In this document: positions 55,300 to 64,000 of the stretch, in pieces
Position numbering within the stretch: the stretch's first letter is position 1
Layout of the letters: each line of letters starts with the position of its first letter
Assembly: GCF_009914755.1 (NCBI RefSeq)
Contig: NC_060940.1
Source of the DNA: the human T2T-CHM13v2.0 reference genome, Homo sapiens
Length of the DNA: 64,000 bases
Reading direction: 5' to 3' (one strand)
The notes under the pieces: generated by a model
Database searches by the model: none
What the model was told of the DNA's origin: nothing
The model's input: only the letters and a program-made list of their open reading frames with translations
Program-made: the position numbers and the translations under genes

Positions 55300-55440
55300 G
55301 GAAATACTTCTATGTATTAGGAATGTTAATATAAAGATGTGATTAGAAGGCACAGAGAAGTTAAGTGAGTTGTGCCAGGAAACACAGCTAGTAAGTGACA
55401 GAGCTGGGATCGGGGACCATTCCGGCTTCCACTAAACTGC
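55300..55440 (-). mobile_element. MIR relic
   Basis: 'ggcacagagaagttaagtga...cacagctagtaagtgacagagctgggat'. Confidence 0.75.
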
Positions 55441-56019
55441 CTCTTGATGTTAGCTAATACATTTTTGTAAGCAATTCCACTAAGATAATGTCCACATGGA
55501 GGCGTTTTTAGAGCAAAATTAATCTCTTACCAACATTTTCCTTCTTGTATTTTCTTTCTCTTATTGGGCACTAGGAAGCTCTTCCATTTTACTCAGAAGA
55601 CTTTGTGGCAATGGGCTAAAAAATAACGAGAGCTTAAATAATCAAAAGAAGAATGTGTTGCAGTCAAAATCCTAAGAAAAAGTGATCTAGCGCCAGGGCC
55701 TAATAAATCCCTCCTGCGATGGGCTTCAAAAACTGGCCGCGATGGAGTGCTGACATAAATCCTCTGTGGATGTACAGCTGACATTTCCCTGCATCGTGAC
55801 ACATCAGGAGGACAAATGGTGTAAATCCTCCTGTTGGAATTGGTGCATTGTCTGTGTGCACAGCTTACTTTTCTGAGTCCCATCCTATTATATACAAAAC
55901 TTGTTTCAGACACCTGTTCCCCAGACAGAACTTCGAACTGCCTGCAATGTCTTGAATTAGCAGAGATGATTTCAAGGAACTCACATCTTCATAAGCTTCT
56001 GCTGCTACCCTCGTCCTGT

Positions 56020-57150
56020 TTTTCTCCATAATCTCATCCACTCTCATGGTTTTGCATACTTACTTTCTCTCTTTCCAGCAAAATATCCAGCCAAAGTCCG
56101 TCTTGGATGTTCAGACCTATACATCTCTGTCTTCCCCCATCTCCTGTTAGAAGTTTATAATCATCATACATTTTACATAAGCCAAAGAATGCTCATAATT
56201 TTTACATTCTAACTCTAGCCTGCTTCTCTCCTATCTTCTCCCATTTCCTTGAGTGGTATCACTACCACTAATGTTACTCAGGTCAAAAACAAACAAACAA
56301 AAATGTTAATTGGACCTGTTATTTCCTTTTCCTCACGTGCAGTCAAACGTGAGCTGCATTGATCAAATCCCCAACTTCTGTCTCAATCTGACTGCCCATT
56401 TCTGTCTCTACTGCCCCTGCCCTTGTCTTAGTCACCCTCCCCTCTTGCCTACACCTCTGCAGTAGCCATTTGATGGATGTGCCACATCCCTTTTCATGTC
56501 TCCTACAAATCCATTCTCTTCTGGTCATTTTGAAACACAAATCTGACCATGTCACTCCATGGCTTAAACCCATTGATGGATTCTCATTGTTCAGAGGATA
56601 AAGTGAAAATGCACAGCACAGCCCGCACCTGCTTAATTGGTCTGGCTTCTGACTTCCTCTGCATCCTCACCTCACTCTCTTCTACTCAGCCCCACTGTCC
56701 TCTTTCTCCTCCTTTGAATGCACCAAGTTCGTCCCTTCAAGCTAACACTCTTTCCTTGCCTCTTCACCTAGTCAATCCATTTTCATCCCATAGTTCTCAG
56801 TGTAAATGCCACTTCTTCAGAGGAGTGTTCTCTTATCACTTGCTTTCCTGCCATCAAGTGGCCCATTGCATGTCCTTGTATGAGGTTGATGCAAAAGTAA
56901 GATTTTTGCAATTATGTTTTTAATTGCAAAAACCACAATTAATTTTGCATCAACCTAATACGTGATTGCCTTCATCATAATGGCATTTACATAGTCATTT
57001 TCATACCTCTTACCGATCACCTGACTCTACCCATAGAGTGTAAGGTTCATGAGGGCAGGGTCTGCATCTTCCTTTTTTATCACTGAATCTCCAGAGCCCA
57101 ACACAGAGCCTGGCAACACAGAATGTTGTTCTCTAAATACACATGGAACC
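56020..57150 (+). mobile_element. L2 (L2a-like) 3' region, about 1.1 kb, with MADE insertion
   Basis: 'aaatctgaccatgtcactccatggcttaaacc', 'tgtaaggttcatgagggcagggtctg...cactgaatctccagagcccaacacagagcctggca'. Confidence 0.85.
56881..56958. mobile_element. Complete MADE-type mariner MITE (hairpin)
   Basis: tgaggttgatgcaaaagtaa...ttttgcatcaacctaa with TA on both sides. Confidence 0.9.
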
Positions 57151-58029
57151 AACGAAATCAGAAAAGCCTTGCCCTGCACAGAATATGAAAGGGTCCTAAG
57201 ACTCATGACTGTTTCCACATTTGCTTGAAAGCCAGCATGGCCTCGCTTCCTGGAATTGGTGCCAGGAGAGGTCACCTCCCTAAAAGACGCACTCTGCCTC
57301 CTCCTGATGGCTGTTCCCCGTGGCCAGCAGAATGTCAACTCTCCCACTCCCTGAGACTTTTCTGGGCAGAAGCATTTAGGCTCAATCCTTGCAGAAAAAC
57401 TTAGTCCAGAAAGAAAAAATAAAGAGAAACCAGAATGAGAAAGCTGCCTTTATTACAGCTAAACTGTTGGCTTAACTTCCTAAAATACCGTTGAATTTTC
57501 TTTCTGCATACAGCTGTGTTTATAGAAGGCAATATCATGTATGTAAATAAATTCAGATGCCGCTCGAGTTATTTTAAAACAATCAGTCTAACACTAATCA
57601 GCTTACTCAGAGACATAATCTTACCCTAAAAAAGTGACAAATCAGTACACAGTGTGCAGAGTAAAATCCATGGAGGGTAAGTCGAATATAAATGTATGAA
57701 TGTTGCCAATGTCAGAATTTGAGGTTGGTCATCCCAGATGCTTCAGGAAAGCCGCCTCCAACTTCTGCTTCACCCTTCTCATCCCAGCATCCCAGAGGTA
57801 TAATGTGGACAAGAGATATTATCCATAAATCTGTTCCCAATCCTCTAGGAAGGCCACATCCTTCCCCACTGCCATGCCTATACCGTTTCCTTTGCCTGGA
57901 ATGTGTGGAACCTCCTAGCCATTCAGAAAGCAGCCTGTGTTTCAAGGCCCATCTCAACTTCTCTTCTTCTGTAAAGCACATTTTTCTGTCTCATGTGCTC
58001 ATTGCATCTTATATCATTATGAAAAATAA

Positions 58030-58240
58030 CTGATGTTATTTCCTAGAAGTTATTGATCATTGTGTGTCAGACATATCTGAATACTCTAAATGTGTATTCA
58101 CTCAAAAAGGTTTTATTCTATGAACTCCTATTCTTATCACTCCATTTTACAGATTAAAAAACTGAGGCAATGAGTGACTAACAGCATACCCAAGCTCATA
58201 TAGCTAGTAAATGGCTGAGTCAGGGCTCCAGTGCCTCCTC
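58030..58240 (-). mobile_element. MIR relic
   Basis: 'ccattttacagattaaaaaactgaggc...tagctagtaaatggctgagtcagg'. Confidence 0.8.
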
Positions 58241-58759
58241 TGCCTATAGCTACTCTTAGGTTTGTCAATTGTCAGACATCAAGTTGTATGTATCACTGGA
58301 TTATTTCCAATCATCTGAAGAGAAATGTGGCTGCTTTAGAGATGTGGACACTTAGACTCAGGGGAGCAATGTAATTTGCTATTCTTATTTCTCAAAAAAT
58401 AAGGGTTGGGGCTGGATCTAAATCCACCTCTATTTTACACCAATGTCTGTTTTCTTTCAAGAAAAAATATGTCCAGGCACTGGTTCAATTTTCCTCTGGT
58501 TATTTATACAAATAACTTCGTCTTCAGGGCAACTGCCAACACATCATAGTTAAGCAACAAAGTTCTTTGTTTTTTAAAGGGTATCATGTATTATACAAAG
58601 ATAATTCTCTGGTTCCTCTTGAGACGTTTATAGTCTAGCTGAGGACAAATTAATACTCATGAATTAGTAAGAAAACCTTAAGTACTAAGATTTCTGTGCT
58701 CAGTAACCCAACACAGACCTCAGAAGAGGGAGAAATGAGGGCTGCAGGAATCTGGGCAG

Positions 58760-58950
58760 GCCCCTGGTAAGAGGATCACCCTGCATTGGAATCCCATTCT
58801 CCTTGTACCAGCTGTGTGAGCTTGGCCAGGTTTCCACACTTCCCTGAGCCTTTGTTTCATGAATAAACGTCTTCTCTCTTGGTGTTCTGCAGAGGAGTAA
58901 ATGAGGCAAGTGGCAATGTCTGGTATGGTACTGGGTAGGCACAAAATCGA
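58760..58950 (+). mobile_element. MIR relic
   Basis: 'taccagctgtgtgagcttggccagg...ccctgagcctt'. Confidence 0.65.
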
Positions 58951-59149
58951 TGCCAATCCCTCCTTTCTTTCCCTTTGATTAAGCTTTTCACTACTGCCAA
59001 GGCTAATGAATAGACCAGGGCATTCATCAACACTCAGGTGTGTGTCCTGTGTGTATCCTTCAGAAAACTCACTGCTCCCCATGTGGTAGACTCCAGGATC
59101 ATCTCCTAGAAGATCTAAAATCATTTAATTTTTGTAGGGCAAGCTTGTC

Positions 59150-59151
<2 letters not shown>

Positions 59152-59190
<39 letters not shown>

Positions 59191-59199
59191 GGGTGTGTG
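59152..59199. repeat. (TG)n
   Basis: Directly visible. Confidence 0.92.
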
Positions 59200-59397
59200 T
59201 TAGTAATTTCATAACGTTAGAAATTTTTCAAAACTAACCGGCATGCAGTAATCACTACTCAATCCATCCTGGGAATCTTGACAGCATGGACTGAAGAAGA
59301 GACACACATGTAGCAAACCTATTCTTACTATCCTTATCTATATTATTATGGCTATTTTCATTATTGTTACTATTAGTTTATGATACTATTACCATTT

Positions 59398-59709
<312 letters not shown>

Positions 59710-60300
59710 TACTATTACCATTTCTAAAACTTACTATTTTTATTTCCACCCCTATGAACACTACACCTACTACCATTGTCACTCTACTAATGCCCCTCTT
59801 CCTCCTTCTCTCTTCTTCTTTCTACTGCAACTGCCACCACTGCCACTCTATTAAAAATCCAGCTTATTTTTCTTGTGCTGTAATAACTGCCATCAATACC
59901 ACCTGATTACAACTCCTCCTCCTCCTCTTACTACCTCTAATACTAATACTACAACTACCACCCCGACCCGACTCATCTTCCATCTCCTCCTACACCTACC
60001 CACATCATCTTGGAATAACTTCTCCCCCTACTACTGTCATTACTATACCTAACACCAGCATAGTATTACAGCTACTATGATTACCAGTATTACAACAACT
60101 ACCACTACCACCATCCTATTTTAACTCCTACTGATCCTACTACTACAACTACCATCAACACCACCCTACCGCAATTCTTCCTCTTGATATTACTACTGCT
60201 AATATGGTAACTACCATCACCACCAGCCTGCAACTTCTCCTCCTTTTCTTCCCATGATGATGACCACCACTACCCTCCTAGTAATACTACTAGTAGTATC
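59710..60300. repeat. Degenerate trinucleotide (TAC/CAC/CTC/TAT) low-complexity tract
   Basis: G-poor, period-3 runs such as ctactaccaccactcctcct; begins at about 59330 and is split by the AluJ. Confidence 0.8.
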
Positions 60301-60304
60301 TATG

Positions 60305-60510
60305 ACGTTTTTTTAATGCTTACTAAGAACCAATCGTTGTGCTATACACTTTGCATGTATTTTTCATTCAGCCATCATAACCATTTTGTGATATATATGT
60401 TTATATCATTTTCATCTGGTGGATGAGTCAATAACAGCTTACAGAGCTGAAATGAGAGTCCCAAGGCCCCACCTTGGAACTCACACTAGCGCTCTCTGAT
60501 CTCCAGGCCT
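60305..60510 (-). mobile_element. MIR relic
   Basis: 'aatgcttacta...tgtgctatacactttgcatgtattttttcattc...cataacc'. Confidence 0.6.
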
Positions 60511-61589
60511 GTGCCCTTTCTAAACCTCCATGCTGCTTCCAGCCACCCTGGCTTGGACAATTGTGTTTCTGATTTTTCTCTTTTTCCAAATTCTTGTGCA
60601 TGGAGATGGGAAGTCCACCCAGTAGGGAAGGACAATGACTGGACACAGGGCTCCAGAGTAAACAGGAAGCTCACACAAAGCATCCAGCTGGCTGGGCAGC
60701 TTGTCTACTGACCTTGGCCTCACTCATCTATCCTCCCCACATCCCCTTGAAAAAGTATGTCCACACCTGAGATAATCTGTGCACTGACATTCCCAGGTAG
60801 CTGTTTGCTGCCACCTGGATGACCACAGACTGGTTTGAAACTGACATGCAGATCAAAGACAGTGGATAACAAGGTGTCTTTTATTCACTCAGAATCTTTG
60901 TTGCCTGGGTCCTCTTTACCCTCCAACCTCACCCATGCAGCAACTGAACAAGCGCATTCTGTTTGTCTCTGGAAAATTTAAAAAAAAAAGGCCTTGCCTG
61001 CCCATCCTTAACTCTATAGCAATTATTCTTCATGTCACAAATATAAAGGGCAAAACCACTGGAGGATGCACACATTCATGCATTCAGTTAAATAATCATT
61101 TTTTTCAATGAAGATTTAGAAAGAATATAAATCATGCTGGAGCAGTAATGTTGAACAAGATGAAGCTTTCTTCATTCCTGAAGCTCACCTTGCTCTCATG
61201 GAGAATATAGAAACAATAGCTAGTCCTCAACCACTGAGACGTCTTACCATGTGGTCCTCCCTTTAAGTCGAGAAAGGTCTCTCTTCAGTGACTCGCTTTA
61301 TGACATCATGACCAAGCACAGGCTAATAGTCAAAAAATGGGAGTTGGCATGATTTTCCACGCTTCCTTCTTCCCTTCTTTCTTTATTCCCCATCTCCTTT
61401 CCTTCCTTCTTCAATCTTAATTGAAGCTGATAACTGTTAGGATATTGACCCCGTGTACCCAAGTCCAGAAACTCCTACTCTGACTCATAGGTATGAGATG
61501 TTTATCTTTTCATTTAGAGGAGTCATTTAGATGCAGATTCACTGTGAGGGATTGTGTGTGTGTGTGTGTGTTTGTGTCATCTTTGGTCT

Positions 61590-62030
61590 TAAGGCTCAGT
61601 TCAAATCCTGGCTTTGTAATGTGAGGTCTGTGATGTAACCTGTTTGAGCCATAGCCTCTTACTCTGTAGGATGACAAAAATTGTTGCACCCAATTTGTAG
61701 GATTGTGAAGAGGGTTAGGTAATATAATTCCAGATAATGTGAGAAGCAGGGTCACCTCACTGAAGCCAATGAAGCTTAAGCTTTGAGGCCTTTCTCTTGC
61801 ATAGGCTCTTTCCAAGACTCTGGAAACATTTAACGTTTGTAGTATTTAAAGCTTGATAAAATTTATAGTCTTCTCAGTCTCAATAAATATTTACTTTCAT
61901 ACCTAATTTTTGTGTTATTTTTCCTGAAAAGAGTCCTCAAAACATTTGATCTTCAGGCCCCATAAAACCTGTGCAATATTTAGCTCAAGACCTGGCATAT
62001 GGACAGCAATTACTAAATGTTAGATGATAA
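61590..62030 (+). mobile_element. MIR interrupted by a hAT element
   Basis: 'gttcaaatcctggct...gattgtgaagagggttaggtaatataa' resumes as 'cctggcatat...taaatgttag'. Confidence 0.6.
61747..61971. mobile_element. hAT-Tip100-type MITE (ORSL-like)
   Basis: 'tgaagccaatgaagcttaagcttt...cttgcataggc...ttccaag' and 'acctaatttt...cttcaggccccataaaacctg'. Confidence 0.55.
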
Positions 62031-62659
62031 CAATTCATTTAATTTTTCTAGAACTTTTTAAGAATTTTTATATTAATTAACTAAAATCATGGAGACAAAA
62101 GAAAAGAATAAATGTCCTGATAATTATCAAGGTTATTATTATTGTTATTAGTGATGTTGTTTGAAAAATACGATTTTCACTTCTACAGGAAGTTAATAAC
62201 TGGTGGGCTTTTCATTCGATATTCTGGTGCCTTGTGGCTAGAGTCATAGGATTTGTTTAAAGTCCCCAAAATAGAGAAAGACAATGAGTGCATTGGTAGT
62301 GAGAGAAAGAGAAGGATTTCTAATCATCGATGTCCTGCCCAGTTAGATATTTTTCCATAGATCCATCTATCTGGACGTTTCCATTAGTAATCCCTTTGAG
62401 GACCGTTACCAAGGGGCCCAGTCGCACCTCCCACCCACGCAGAGTGTATTCAGCTGTGTGTGTGTCTCTCCATTGTTTCTCACAATTGGAGTCTGAGAGG
62501 CCGTCATCTGCCCCACTCTCCTCTAGACTGTGGTCTCATTTTTCTACAGAGTTGAACTCTGGAGATAACATTGGTAAAAAATGTGAATAATTCAGGGCAC
62601 ATTAGAACGCTCTTTGTTTAAATTCACTCCCACCCCATTTCTCTGCAAGGAGCCTGGTG

Positions 62660-62890
62660 AGGGGGAAGGCGTGAACAAAGTGAAATGGCCAAGCTGCATA
62701 TTTAAAATTCCATCAGTTCGATTTCTTTAATGCAATATGGTCATTTAAAATCTTGCCCTGTTTGATAAATACCTGCATTTCAAGTAATTGTTAAGATTGT
62801 GTCTGTTTTTATTAGAACTTGTTTGTCATTATTGGACAGTCGTTTCTAATCACATTTGTCATGTATTGAGTTTCCTTTATGAATACTGAT
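62660..62890. promoter_or_regulatory. Candidate conserved non-coding element / enhancer
   Basis: Repeat-free AT-rich block with AACAAAG, TAATTG, ATTGT, TGTCA (x2), TAATC and TTTATGA motifs. Confidence 0.35.
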
Positions 62891-63776
62891 AGCTCTTGGA
62901 ATAGATGTTTATGAAGCCCCATTCATTCCTTGAGCACACACAGTATGCCTACCACCCAGGATACCATTTTTCTGGTCATTCAAAAATGAGAAAATGAATA
63001 GCAAAAATGAGTGGGAGGTTTATCTTTAGACACAGAAACTAGAATTATGGGGAAGTTTTTGGAATTTTGAGAACAGATTTCTGTGTAGTCAATTCCATCA
63101 ACTGTGTACTTGGGGAGTTTAGATATTCAGACAGTTCGAACACAATGCATTGACAAGTTTAGATTCAAAGTTGTCCACTGTATCAGTTCAGCTTGAATTC
63201 CTAGAACTGTGGGAAGCTTAACAGAGCCAAGTTGTGTCTAAAGTCATTCGGTGAGTAGATATCCACGCACTTATTTGACAAATAGTTATTTACAGTATTC
63301 ATTCACTCTGTGGCTGTTTATTTATTCAAGAGATGCTTATGCAGCCACTAATTTAATGAATAATTATGCTTTTTAATGGATATTTGTTAAATTTCTACTG
63401 TATCTAAAACACAGACGTGAAACTTCACAGCAGCTACATTATTGCCACCATGAGCCCACGAATCTCAGGAAAGTCCCTGGTCGCCATTTCACCTTCATAG
63501 AAAGGCCATGTGCTTCACCTACTTTATCCCATGTGGCCTCACAGCCTCTGTGAGGTGGAAGAATGTTCTGGACCATGATGAGTCTCTCTGTTAACGTTTT
63601 TTTTTTGTCTTTTACAGAGCAGGCATGGAGGGTCTTTTATTTCCAAAGCTTTATACACAATGCTCAAAATAAAAAAGACAAAGAAGACATGACTTCTATA
63701 AAAGCCTTATACCCCAGAGGCATGTCAGACACTCTGGGACTGAAACTTGAATTTTGGAGGGAAGTGGGGATTAAGA

Positions 63777-63821
63777 TGAATGATGAATAAATGAATGAAC
63801 GAATGAATGGATGAATGAATC
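63777..63821. repeat. (GAAT)n degenerate tetranucleotide repeat
   Basis: tgaatgatgaataaatgaatgaacgaatgaatggatgaatgaat. Confidence 0.85.
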
Positions 63822-64000
63822 AGGCTACATTTTGGAGCCAGACATCTGTGCCTGATCTAGAAAGTAAGTCAGACAGAGAAGACTTCTAAGAACAAGCAGA
63901 ATCTCACCAGGCAGCTCAATCTGGCTGCAAACATTGGATTCCTCATGAATGCGGGACTTAATTATCAAAAGAAGCGAGGTGAGCATTTTCCAAATCTTCC

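Overview
Primate (very probably human or another great ape) non-coding genomic DNA. It contains AluJ/S/Y elements, many MIR and L2 relics, old L1M and L1PA fragments, MaLR/ERVL solo LTRs (MLT1, MLT2, LTR33/67-like) and DNA-transposon MITEs (MER3, MER5, MER20, MER33, MER53, MER81, MER82, MADE). I found no supportable protein-coding gene, tRNA, rRNA, CpG island or CRISPR array. The ORF-track entries are chance or repeat-derived frames. Between the repeats lie repeat-free blocks rich in homeodomain, FOX, SOX and MEIS-like motifs (about 0.3-0.75, 7.8-8.0, 14.0-14.65, 19.5-20.1, 24.7-25.3, 26.7-27.05, 43.4-44.4, 55.7-55.9 and 62.6-62.9 kb). This pattern suggests a gene desert or large intron with enhancers (inference); I cannot name the locus. 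I see no evidence of a new multi-gene system. The most notable signals are: a tailless Alu flanked by a target duplication that resembles Alu's own internal sequence; an exact 22-bp copy of a diverged MIR segment 2.2 kb away; a CpG-retaining enhancer-like block with overlapping direct and inverted symmetry; a heptamer minisatellite with higher-order structure; a MADE hairpin with symmetric substitutions; a repair-like scar with a half-MADE; several short tandem duplications; and two candidate non-coding exons. Repeat families were assigned from memory of consensus sequences, and boundaries of ancient repeats are approximate (+/-30 bp).
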